From the NCBI GenBank assembly GCA_046331095.1, contig JAXLRM010000004.1, positions 132,316-196,315 of the forward strand: a stretch of DNA of 64,000 nt, given 5' to 3'. The DNA comes from Acidimicrobiia bacterium (GTDB lineage: Bacteria; Actinomycetota; Acidimicrobiia; UBA2766). The stretch's first letter is position 1. Every line of letters starts with the position of its first letter. A program made the position numbers and the translations under genes. The notes below the pieces were generated by a model. It did not search any database. It was not told the DNA's origin and saw nothing but the letters and a program-made list of their open reading frames with translations. Shown here piece after piece: positions 10,969 through 19,501 of this stretch.

Positions 10969-12797
10969 GACACGCCTCCTTCCTCGATCACGAACCTGGG
11001 ATGGTCGGCCGCGGGGCCGAGGAGGTGCTGCGCCGGTGCCGGATCGGTTGCCAGCCACGCGAGTGGGCCTCCGGTGACGATCGGGAACCTCACACAAGTG
11101 ACGGCCAGGACGTCGATCGCCGCTGCCGACGCGAGGCCCTCCTGCTGGCAGCGCCGTGCCTCTGCTGCCACGGCCACGAGCAGGCGTTCGCCCACGTCCT
11201 CGGCTTCCGACTTCCGCGGGGGACCTCCCGCGGGACTCGCCGCCGGGTTCGGCGACGGCGCCCCCTCGCCGTACACCCAGAAGCCGCGTCCGCAACTCCG
11301 GCCGAGGGAACCGGCGGACACGATCTGGCGCAGCGGAGCTGCGGCGCGGTAGCGCCGGCCGTAGGTCGTGGCGAGAACGGTGTCCGCGACGGCGAGAGCG
11401 AGGTCCGCGCCGGCCGCGTCGATGACCGACAGCGGCGGGATCGCGAAGCCGGCCGTGGCGGCAGCGGCGTCGACGGCGGCGACGTCGACTCCCGCGGCGA
11501 CACGATCGACGGCTTCGAGCAGGTAGGCGAAGAGCAGACGGCTCACGACGTAGCCCGGCACCGATCTCACGGCGACCGCTGCCTTGCCCAGGGTGGACAG
11601 GTAGCCGCCGACGGCGGCGGCGGTCGGGCCGTCCCACGCCGGCGCGTAGGAGACCTCGACCACCGGCGACACCTCCGCCGGAAAGGCGAAGTGGAGCAGG
11701 CCGACGTCGTCTCCGATCTCGGCGAGCGGGATCGACGAGGTCGTCGTTGCCAGCCATGCCCCCGGTGCCGCCGCGCGTCCTGCGTCCAGCACCTGCCGCT
11801 TGATCTCGGCGTCTTCCGCGACCGCCTCCACGATCGCCTCGGCGTCGGCGGGAACCGATGTCGCCGTCCTGAGCCTCGCGGCCGCGGCGGACGCGTCGAC
11901 GCGTAGTGGGCCTCGGTGCTCGAGGCGTGCCAGAGCACGGGTGGCCGCGTCCCTCGCGGCCGCGGCTCTCTCGGCGCGACGACCCACGATCGTGACCGAC
12001 ACACCCGCTGCCGCCGTCGCCGCCGCGATCGTCGATCCCATGTGACCGGTCCCGGCCACGGCCACGTGAGCGGGAGCGTCTGCGTGGCCGAACAGGTCGC
12101 CGGCGAGGAGCCCGTGCCAGCGGGCCCTGTGCGCGTGCGCGTTCGCGTCGGCGAGACAGGCCGTGAGTCCCTCGAGCTCGGCTGTGACGCGTACGTCGGG
12201 AGCCGAGTCGTGGGCGCGCAGGATCGCACCGACTCCCGCGGCTGCGCCTGGTGTGAGCGGGCTCGCGACCGGCCGCGGCCGGAAGCCGGCGATCGCCGCC
12301 CCGGGATCGGCGTCAGGCCCGGCCGCGCACGCCGACGCCCACGCGGCACCGTCGAGGACGTCGCCGTGGGCGAGCACTCCCAGTGCCACCGTCGACGGCA
12401 GGGTCCGCAAGCAACGTGCAGCCGTGCCGAGCAGGGGAGGGATTCCGTAACGCACCTCGGAGGCACCGAGTCGCGCGTTCGGTCCCACGTCCACGCGGCC
12501 ACGACCGGCGACCGCAAGAGCCAGCGCGAACGCCGGACCGAGGCAGCGGCCGTCGACCGCCATCACCACACCCGGGCGCGACTCGAGCACGTCGAGAGCC
12601 GCGATCGTGCGCCGCACCAGGGCGAACGACGCCATGTCCCCGGCCAGCTCGTCGACGTCGAAGGAGGCACCCCAGTCGCAGCTTCTCAGGACCACTTCGT
12701 CGCTGCGGTCCTCCAGCGCCCGGTCCACGAGGTCGACCAGGGCAACGAGGGACGTCGAGCCCTGACGGGCCGGCAGCGTGAGCCAGTGTGTCGACAT
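10965..12797 (-). CDS. FadB/FadJ-like fusion: crotonase-fold domain + 3-hydroxyacyl-CoA dehydrogenase
   Basis: 610 aa. The N-terminal crotonase-like region is followed by VAVAGTGHMGSTIAAATAAAGVSVTIV (NAD Rossmann fold) and the HCDH C-terminal domains. Confidence 0.8.
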   Translation of the reverse strand: MSTHWLTLPARQGSTSLVALVDLVDRALEDRSDEVVLRSCDWGASFDVDELAGDMASFALVRRTIAALDVLESRPGVVMAVDGRCLGPAFALALAVAGRGRVDVGPNARLGASEVRYGIPPLLGTAARCLRTLPSTVALGVLAHGDVLDGAAWASACAAGPDADPGAAIAGFRPRPVASPLTPGAAAGVGAILRAHDSAPDVRVTAELEGLTACLADANAHAHRARWHGLLAGDLFGHADAPAHVAVAGTGHMGSTIAAATAAAGVSVTIVGRRAERAAAARDAATRALARLEHRGPLRVDASAAAARLRTATSVPADAEAIVEAVAEDAEIKRQVLDAGRAAAPGAWLATTTSSIPLAEIGDDVGLLHFAFPAEVSPVVEVSYAPAWDGPTAAAVGGYLSTLGKAAVAVRSVPGYVVSRLLFAYLLEAVDRVAAGVDVAAVDAAAATAGFAIPPLSVIDAAGADLALAVADTVLATTYGRRYRAAAPLRQIVSAGSLGRSCGRGFWVYGEGAPSPNPAASPAGGPPRKSEAEDVGERLLVAVAAEARRCQQEGLASAAAIDVLAVTCVRFPIVTGGPLAWLATDPAPAQHLLGPAADHPRFVIEEGGVS

Positions 12798-12905
12798 GGT
12801 CTCCGGTGTTCCCGCGCCGGCGGCAGGACTTCCGCTCGAGGGGACAGAAGGCTACCGCGCTCCACCCGCCCGCATCGGACCGCTCCGCGCCACACGAGGG
12901 AATCC

Positions 12906-14219
12906 GTGACCAAGGCATCGACCCCCCAAGGTGGTACCGAACCCGACGCTGCGTCGGCGAGTGTCGTCGCCACCGGAGCAGCCGGACGCGACCGTCTCGT
13001 CACGGTCGCGCGCGCATCCGCCGTGCTCGCCCTCATGGTCGTGCACTGGGGCCTGGCAGTCACACTGTCGACGGGGCTGTCCCAATCGGGGCCGGACGCC
13101 GCGTGGGGATGGACGTGGACCGGCTGGGCGACCTGGGTGTTCGTCTGGATCGGTCCCGCATGGTTCGGGATCTTCGGAGCACTCAACGGGCGTGCGGCGC
13201 GACGTAGCGTCGGAACCTTCTACCGCAAGCGCTTCACGCGCCTTCTCGTCCCCTACTGGGTGTACGCCGCGGTCATGCTGACACTGGAGTTCATGCTCTG
13301 GGCAGGTCACGTCGGCAACTGCGGTACGCCCGTCACCGACAACTGGATGCTGCAGTTCGGTCCGCTCCAGGCGCTCTCCTGGATCATGCCGTTTCCGCAT
13401 GCCTCGTGCATCGGCATCGGTCAGGCACCGTTTTGGTTCATGGGCGTCTACCTGCTCCTCACACTCCTGCTGCCCGGCCTGGTTCGCATCTACGACAGCC
13501 GGTGGCGCAAATGGACTCTCGCCGCGGGTCTCGTCCTGCCTTTCGTGTTCGACTTCGCCTACAGGGCCCTGGACCTGCCTCGCGGGGTCGACCATTTCTC
13601 GCTGCTCTGGATCCCCCAGAACGTCGTGATCTGGGGGATGTTCGGGTTCCTCGGCCTCTACTACGCCGACAAGACCCACGAACGACCCGAGGTGCGGCGC
13701 TGGTTCCCGGCCGGTTTCGTCGTCTTCACGTTGGTGACGGCGGCGATGACGATCGGGCCCTGGCCCGACGCGATGTGGTCGGGCAGCTCCGGCAACCAGT
13801 TCCCGCCGACGGCGGCGTACATGACCGGTGGCTTGGCCGCCGTCTGCCTGATCCTGTGGCAGCGGGACCGTCTCGTGCGCTTCTCCGAGCTGCGCTGGAC
13901 GCGGGCGTTCGTCGACTGGCTCGACGTCAACAACTACACGATCTACATCTGGCACATGACCGCCTACCTGGTCATCTGGTGGGCGCTCGAGGGACTCGGG
14001 CTCATCGACGTCGCCGGTCAGTACGCCAAGGTCGTGGGAGTGCCGCCTGTCGTGAGCCAGCTCCTGTTGTTCCTGCTCCCCTGGCCCGTCATCCTCGTGA
14101 TCGTGCGGATCTTCCACCGCTGCGAGGGCTGGGACATCCCGCCGAAGTGGTGGAAGCGCCGCAAGGCAGCCCGCGCCTCGACGGCAGCGAGCTCGGTCGA
14201 AGTGGACGTCCCGCGGTAG
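12906..14219 (+). CDS. Acyltransferase family 3 integral membrane protein
   Basis: GTG 12906 is within track ORF 11916..14219. The protein is multi-TM and Trp/Phe-rich (VVHWGLAV, FWFMGVYLLLTLLLPG, NNYTIYIWHMTAY). It is a paralogue of 45985..47172. Confidence 0.7.
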   Translation: MTKASTPQGGTEPDAASASVVATGAAGRDRLVTVARASAVLALMVVHWGLAVTLSTGLSQSGPDAAWGWTWTGWATWVFVWIGPAWFGIFGALNGRAARRSVGTFYRKRFTRLLVPYWVYAAVMLTLEFMLWAGHVGNCGTPVTDNWMLQFGPLQALSWIMPFPHASCIGIGQAPFWFMGVYLLLTLLLPGLVRIYDSRWRKWTLAAGLVLPFVFDFAYRALDLPRGVDHFSLLWIPQNVVIWGMFGFLGLYYADKTHERPEVRRWFPAGFVVFTLVTAAMTIGPWPDAMWSGSSGNQFPPTAAYMTGGLAAVCLILWQRDRLVRFSELRWTRAFVDWLDVNNYTIYIWHMTAYLVIWWALEGLGLIDVAGQYAKVVGVPPVVSQLLLFLLPWPVILVIVRIFHRCEGWDIPPKWWKRRKAARASTAASSVEVDVPR

Positions 14220-14226
14220 CCCCGTT

Positions 14227-14268
14227 CTGGGCGCGTTTGGCCCAGCCCGATGGGGTGAGCGCGCCCAG
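14227..14268. terminator. Hairpin (9-bp stem CTGGGCGCG/CGCGCCCAG) downstream of the acyltransferase gene
   Basis: It starts 8 nt after the TAG at 14217-14219. The loop contains GCGTTTGGCCC, reminiscent of the 49-nt repeat family. Confidence 0.3.
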
Positions 14269-14336
14269 GTCGAGTTCTCGTCGGGGATCCCCGGCACGTC
14301 CCGACGGCGTATGCCACCGCTGGTACCATACATGGC

Positions 14337-14546
14337 ATGTCTCACAAGACGACCGTCTACCTGCCGGACGACCTCAAGGCGGCGATCGAAGAGGAAGCGC
14401 GCCGGCGCGAGTGTTCGGAAGCCGAGGTCATTCGGAGCGCCGTGCGTCAGGCGGTGCAGCGACCCGAGCCCGCTGCGGGATTCTTGGACGCCGAGCCGAT
14501 CGCCGAGCGCGTGGACGAATTGCTGAAGGGATTCGGGCGCCGATGA
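14337..14546 (+). CDS. vapB: Ribbon-helix-helix (CopG/VapB-type) antitoxin
   Basis: 69 aa. KTTVYLPDDLKAAIEEEARRRECSEAEVIRSAVRQ is an RHH motif. It has an ATGA overlap with the PIN gene. Confidence 0.8.
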   Translation: MSHKTTVYLPDDLKAAIEEEARRRECSEAEVIRSAVRQAVQRPEPAAGFLDAEPIAERVDELLKGFGRR

Positions 14547-14956
14547 TCGTCGCCGACACCAGCGGGCTCCTCGCTCTGTACAACCGGCGTGAGAAGCAGC
14601 ACGCAGACGTGGCGAAGGCGGTTGCCGCGATGCGACAGCCCCTCGTCGTGTCGCCATACGTGGTCGCCGAGTTGGACTACCTCGCCGCGACCAGGCTCGG
14701 GGTCGGCGCCGAGGTCGCGATCCTGCGCGAGCTCGCCGGCGGGGCATACGAACTGGCCGCCCTCGACAGCGACGATCTCGATGCGTGTGCCGCTCTCGTC
14801 GAGCGATTCGGCGACCAGTCGATCGGCGTCGCCGACGCGTCCTTGGTGGTCCTCGCCGATCGGTACCGGACGCGCACGCTCCTCACGCTCGACCGCCGCC
14901 ACTTCGGCGTGCTGCGCCCCCGCGCCGGCGGCAGGTTCCGCCTCGTGCCGGGGTGA
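14543..14956 (+). CDS. vapC: PIN-domain ribonuclease toxin VapC
   Basis: 137 aa from the tail of track ORF 13406..14956. MIVADTSGLLAL... DASLVVLADRY...TLDRRHF carry the PIN acidic residues. Confidence 0.85.
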   Translation: MIVADTSGLLALYNRREKQHADVAKAVAAMRQPLVVSPYVVAELDYLAATRLGVGAEVAILRELAGGAYELAALDSDDLDACAALVERFGDQSIGVADASLVVLADRYRTRTLLTLDRRHFGVLRPRAGGRFRLVPG

Positions 14957-14963
14957 CGCACTG

Positions 14964-15176
14964 ATGGGTCGGGACGACGCGATCCGTGTCGAGTCCGTGG
15001 GAGATCGCAGCTTCCGGGCCCGCGTCGACGAGGACTGGACCTCGATGCAGGGAGCCCACGGCGGGATCGTGGCAGCACTGGCCCTCGCCGCGGTCGAGCA
15101 GGTTCTGCGAGAAGACGGGGTCGACCCCGCGGTGACGATGCGGGCGGCGACGTTCCAGACCCGCCTCGCCGGCTGA
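14964..15176 (+). pseudogene. N-terminal fragment of an acyl-CoA thioesterase (TesB-like/4HBT_3) gene
   Basis: 70 aa. DWTSMQGAHGGIVAALALAAVE is the typical N-terminal motif of double hot-dog thioesterases, which are about 270-290 aa. The reading frame stops at 15176. An intact relative lies at 38858..39736. Confidence 0.35.
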
Positions 15177-15204
15177 CGGCGGGGGGGCCTCTAGAGTCCG
15201 CGTC

Positions 15205-16155
15205 ATGGCGAGCACCGGCCCCGTCTGCGAAGCCGACGGCCTGCGCAAGGCCTTCGGTGACCTCGTCGCCGTCGCCGATGTCAGCTTCCGGATCGACCCC
15301 GGCGAGGTCTACGGGCTCCTCGGCCCCAACGGGGCGGGCAAGTCCACGGCGATCTCGATGGTCTGCGGCGTCCTGCGCCGCGACGCCGGATCGGTGCGCA
15401 TCTGCGGCGACGACGTCGACGCCGGGCCGCGCGTGCGGCGCCACATCGGCCTCGTCCCCCAGGACGTTGCGCTGTACCCGGACCTGTCCGGGCGCGAGAA
15501 CCTGCGGTTCTGGGGCCGCATGTACGGGATGCGCGGAGGCGCCCTCGACGCGAGGGTGGACGCGATGCTCGAGACGGTCGGCCTCGCCGATCGCGCCAAG
15601 GACGTCGTCAAGGAGTACTCGGGGGGCATGCAGCGGCGCCTCAACATCGCGGCCGGCCTGATGCACCACCCCGACCTGCTGATCCTCGACGAGCCAACCG
15701 TCGGCGTCGACCCCCAGAGCCGCAACTCCATCCTCGAACACGTCGAGGCGCTCAACGCTGCGGGCATGGCGGTGCTGTACACGACCCACTACATGGAGGA
15801 GGCCGAACGCCTCTGCGACCGCGTCGGGATCATGGACGAAGGCAGGCTCATCGCCGAGGGCACGCGGCGTGAACTCGTCGAGTCGACGGGGGAGGAGGAT
15901 CGCATCGATCTCAGGTTCGACGCCAGCACCGACCTCGCGGCGATGGCCGAGGTCGCCCGCGGTGTTGACGGCGTGCTCAGCGCGGCTCCGTCCGCAGGCG
16001 GCTTGCAGGTGTTGAGCGCGCAGGCACGCCGCCTCCTGCCCAGGCTCGTGGAGTCCTTCGTCGGCGCCGGACATCCCGTCGCGAGCGTCGAGGTCGCCGA
16101 GCCCAACCTCGAGTCGGTGTTCCTCCGCCTCACCGGAAAGGCCCTGCGGGACTGA
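15205..16155 (+). CDS. ABC transporter ATP-binding protein (ABC-2/DrrA type)
   Basis: Walker A is GPNGAGKST, the signature is YSGGMQRRL and Walker B is LLILDEPT. Confidence 0.9.
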   Translation: MASTGPVCEADGLRKAFGDLVAVADVSFRIDPGEVYGLLGPNGAGKSTAISMVCGVLRRDAGSVRICGDDVDAGPRVRRHIGLVPQDVALYPDLSGRENLRFWGRMYGMRGGALDARVDAMLETVGLADRAKDVVKEYSGGMQRRLNIAAGLMHHPDLLILDEPTVGVDPQSRNSILEHVEALNAAGMAVLYTTHYMEEAERLCDRVGIMDEGRLIAEGTRRELVESTGEEDRIDLRFDASTDLAAMAEVARGVDGVLSAAPSAGGLQVLSAQARRLLPRLVESFVGAGHPVASVEVAEPNLESVFLRLTGKALRD

Positions 16156-16156
16156 A

Positions 16157-17329
16157 GTGCGTGCCCTCCTCGTCGTCGCGGCCAAGGACCTGAGACAGAG
16201 GATTCGGGATCGTTCGCTCATCCTCATCGGCGTGGTCGCCCCCTTCGCGCTCGCCAGCATCGTCGGCCTCGCTCTCGGCAGCGTGGGCGGGTTCTCGACC
16301 AAGCTCGCCTATGCGGACGAGGACGCCACGCCCATGACTGCTCCCCTCGGTGCGATCCTGCACTCGCCCGATCTCGCCGACGTGGTCACCGTCGACGACG
16401 CGGCGGACGAAGCAGCCGTGCGCCAGGCCGTCGAGTCCGGCGACGCATCCGTCGGCCTCGTCGTCCCGGCCGGGTTCGCGGCGGCAGTGTCGTCGGGACA
16501 CGCCGCGGACCTCGTCGTCGTCGTCGACCCTGACAACGAGATCTCGGGCCAGTTCGCCGCCTCCGTCGCCAGGGGCTTCGTCGCCGACGTCCAGGCGGGC
16601 CAGGTCGCAGTCGGGACGGTCGCCGTGATCGAGCGGGGTGTCCCCGGCGACCCTGCGGCAGTGGCCGCCAAGGCAGCCCAGGACTTCCCCCGGATCCGCT
16701 TCCAGGACGACACGACGTCGGCCGAGCTGCGCCCCATCGACTACATGGCGCCGTCGATGGGGATCTTCTTCCTCTTCTTCGCGATCCTCTACGGCGCTGC
16801 GACCGTGCAGGCCGAGCGGCGCAACCACACCCTTGCCCGCCTCGCGGTCGCGCCGGTGAGCGAGTGGACGGTGCTCGTCGGCAAGCTCCTCGCCCTGTTC
16901 GTGACCGGCTTGCTGATCTTCGCCGTCATGATCGTCTCGACGAGCCTCGTGTATGGCGTCAAGTGGGGCAACCCCGTCGCCGTCGCCGTCTTGGCATGCA
17001 CGACGACGCTCACGGCGATCGGCCTGACCGGGGTCATCGCGGTCCTCGCCCGCACCGAGGAGCAGGTGCGCGGCATCGGGACCGCGGTCGTCATGCTCCT
17101 CGCGATAGCCGGCGGCTCGTTCTTCGGCGGACAGCTCCCACAGTTCCTGCGGACCATGCAGGCGCTGACACCCAACGGTCTCGCCCTCGTCGGCTTCACA
17201 CGCCTCATCGTCGCCGAGGGCGGCGGATCCCTGGCCACGGTGTGGACCGCGGTCGTCTACACAGCCGGAGTCGGCATCGTCGGCATCGCCGTCACGTTCG
17301 CCCTGGGCCGCAAGGCGTTCCGGTCATGA
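16157..17329 (+). CDS. ABC-2 type transporter permease
   Basis: 390 aa. It has an N-terminal TM helix, a large loop and then a C-terminal TM bundle. The start is 1 nt after the ATPase stop. Confidence 0.8.
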   Translation: MRALLVVAAKDLRQRIRDRSLILIGVVAPFALASIVGLALGSVGGFSTKLAYADEDATPMTAPLGAILHSPDLADVVTVDDAADEAAVRQAVESGDASVGLVVPAGFAAAVSSGHAADLVVVVDPDNEISGQFAASVARGFVADVQAGQVAVGTVAVIERGVPGDPAAVAAKAAQDFPRIRFQDDTTSAELRPIDYMAPSMGIFFLFFAILYGAATVQAERRNHTLARLAVAPVSEWTVLVGKLLALFVTGLLIFAVMIVSTSLVYGVKWGNPVAVAVLACTTTLTAIGLTGVIAVLARTEEQVRGIGTAVVMLLAIAGGSFFGGQLPQFLRTMQALTPNGLALVGFTRLIVAEGGGSLATVWTAVVYTAGVGIVGIAVTFALGRKAFRS

Positions 17330-18498
17330 TCGAGGCCCTGAACCGGCTGTGGGCGGCAATGCTCGTGGAGATCCACAGCGTGCGACGCGACAAGGTCACG
17401 CTGTTCTTCGTCTTCGTGCTGCCGCTCGGGCTCGTGTTCATCCTCGGTCTCGCCTTCGGCAGCGTCGGACAGAGCATCCCCGTCGGCGTGCTCGACGAGT
17501 CGAACTCCGCAGCCTCACATGCGCTGCTCGACACACTCGGACAGGACGCCGCCGTCGCCGTCCGGCCCTATGACACCCGAGCCGGCCTCACCGATGCCGT
17601 GGTCCGCAATGACGTCTCTTTCGGTGTGGTCGTGCCACAGAGCTACGCGACCGAGCTCGCATCCGGAGGCGACGTCGCCGTCACTGTCGTCTCCGCCGGC
17701 GGTGGTTCCAACTTCGCCCTCGTGCAGTCCTCGGTCGGTGCCGCCGTCGGCGAGCAGGTGATGGTCACGACCGCAGCCCGCACAGCCGCTGCTGTCACCG
17801 GCACAACCGAGGAGACGGCCGCCGAGGTCGCTGCCGCCGTGGCGAAGTCGGCGACGCTGGCCGGCGTGACGAGCGAGACGGTGTCCGGCCACGTGATCGT
17901 GAGTGGCATCAAACGCACGGCGTTCACGGCGCTGGTCCTGTTCCTGCTGATCACGGGGCTGACGAGTGCCGGCACGTTCACCGAACTGCGCCGCAACCAT
18001 GTCGCGCAGCGCCTCATGGCGGCGCCGGCGCCCACGCCGGAGTTGGAGGTCGGCCTCGTCTCGGCCCGTTTCGTCACGCTGGTGGTGCAGGCGGTCTACA
18101 TCATCCTGTTCACGGCGTGGCTCTTCGGCGTGAACTGGGGGAACCTGTGGGCGACGACGCTCGTGACGATCGCCCTCGCCATCTGCGTGGCAGGGATGTC
18201 GGCGCTTGCCGGCACGATCTACACCTCGCCCGAGCAGGCGGGCGCGATCGGGGCGCCGATCGGGATCGCGATGGGCATGCTCGGCGGGGCGATGTGGCCC
18301 CTCGAGATCGTCCCGTACCCGCTGCGGGTCGTCGGCCACCTCCTCCCGACCGCATGGGCGGTCGATGCCTACAACGACATCCTCGCCAACAACGCCGGCG
18401 TCATGGACGTCATGGGCCAGATCGGTGTCATCCTCGCCATGGCAGCGGTGTTCTTCGTCCTCGCGGGCATGCGCTTCCGCCGTGTCTTCTCCGTATGA
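17326..18498 (+). CDS. ABC-2 type transporter permease (second subunit)
   Basis: ATG 17326 overlaps the upstream stop (ATGA). The 390 aa come from the tail of track ORF 16864..18498 and have the same architecture as the preceding permease. Confidence 0.8.
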   Translation: MIEALNRLWAAMLVEIHSVRRDKVTLFFVFVLPLGLVFILGLAFGSVGQSIPVGVLDESNSAASHALLDTLGQDAAVAVRPYDTRAGLTDAVVRNDVSFGVVVPQSYATELASGGDVAVTVVSAGGGSNFALVQSSVGAAVGEQVMVTTAARTAAAVTGTTEETAAEVAAAVAKSATLAGVTSETVSGHVIVSGIKRTAFTALVLFLLITGLTSAGTFTELRRNHVAQRLMAAPAPTPELEVGLVSARFVTLVVQAVYIILFTAWLFGVNWGNLWATTLVTIALAICVAGMSALAGTIYTSPEQAGAIGAPIGIAMGMLGGAMWPLEIVPYPLRVVGHLLPTAWAVDAYNDILANNAGVMDVMGQIGVILAMAAVFFVLAGMRFRRVFSV

Positions 18499-18674
18499 CT
18501 GGTGTGCCGCTGGACCGGGGGCGGCGGTCGTCCCTTGCGAGGGCGAACCGGTTCCGCTCGAATGACCTCCGCCGGACCCGATCCCCTATCCTCGGACCCA
18601 GCGCGAGCAATTCGGAGATGCCGGTCCGGCGAGGCGGGCTTCCACGGCAGGCCCCAGGGCCGGAAGGGTGAGCC

Positions 18675-19415
18675 ATGAGCCGTCGCCACGCAGATGGACC
18701 GAACGGGGTGGACGGCAGGCCGGAGCCGTACTGGCCCAAGCGGCCCGGCTTCGGCGTCGCATACTGGGTCCTGCGCTACGGCCTCGAAGTGCTGATGCGG
18801 CTTCTCTACCGGGTCAAGGTCGAAGGCAGCGCCAACGTTCCCCGCAAGGGGTCCGTGATCCTCGCCGCCAACCACCTTTCCGCCTTCGACTCGCCGTTCT
18901 TCGCGATCGGGTTCCGGCGCCGCATCACAGCGCTCGCCAATGCCAGGTACTTCGAGTCCAAGAACGGCTGGTTCTTCCGGGGCATGGCCCAGATCCCCCT
19001 CATACCCGGCGACGACGCATCCAAGGACCTCGCGTTCGCGTCCGCACGGGAGCTCCTCGGCCACGGCAAGATCCTCGGCATCTTCCCCGAGGGCAACCGC
19101 TCCCTCGACGGCAAGCTCCACCGCGGCCGCCTCGGCGTGGCCGTCCTCGCCCGCGAAGCAGGCGTCCCGGTCGTCCCGGCCGGGATGGTGGGGACCTTCG
19201 ACGTGTTCCCCAAGGGCGCCAAGAAGCCCAAGTTCTTCCGCCGCATCACGATCCGGGTGGGCGAGCCCCTGACGCACCCGAGCGGCAACGCGGTCGACGA
19301 TCGCGCATTCACCGACGCCGTGATGGCGTCCCTGGCAGAGCTCACGGGACAGGAGCGCAGCGACACCTACACCGAGTCGCGATCGCGGCGCAGGCCCGAG
19401 CAGGCCGCGTCCTGA
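18675..19415 (+). CDS. plsC: 1-acyl-sn-glycerol-3-phosphate acyltransferase
   Basis: AANHLSAFDSPFF is the HX4D motif and FPEGNRS is the block III motif. GGAAGGG is the upstream SD. Confidence 0.85.
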   Translation: MSRRHADGPNGVDGRPEPYWPKRPGFGVAYWVLRYGLEVLMRLLYRVKVEGSANVPRKGSVILAANHLSAFDSPFFAIGFRRRITALANARYFESKNGWFFRGMAQIPLIPGDDASKDLAFASARELLGHGKILGIFPEGNRSLDGKLHRGRLGVAVLAREAGVPVVPAGMVGTFDVFPKGAKKPKFFRRITIRVGEPLTHPSGNAVDDRAFTDAVMASLAELTGQERSDTYTESRSRRRPEQAAS

Positions 19416-19501
19416 TCCACCTCGCAGGGAACTCGCGACCCGCCACGTGCATCGGAGGACGGTGCGACTCGGCCGTCCGGTGACGAACAAGGGGCGAGGT
19501 C

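Noticed and set aside
18499-18674. Possible riboswitch or structured leader upstream of plsC (an 8-bp pairing GCCGGACC/GGTCCGGC spanning 18571-18630)
   Set aside because: I recognise no known riboswitch consensus. A single long-range pairing in 70% GC DNA is expected by chance. A cmscan run against Rfam would be needed to settle it.
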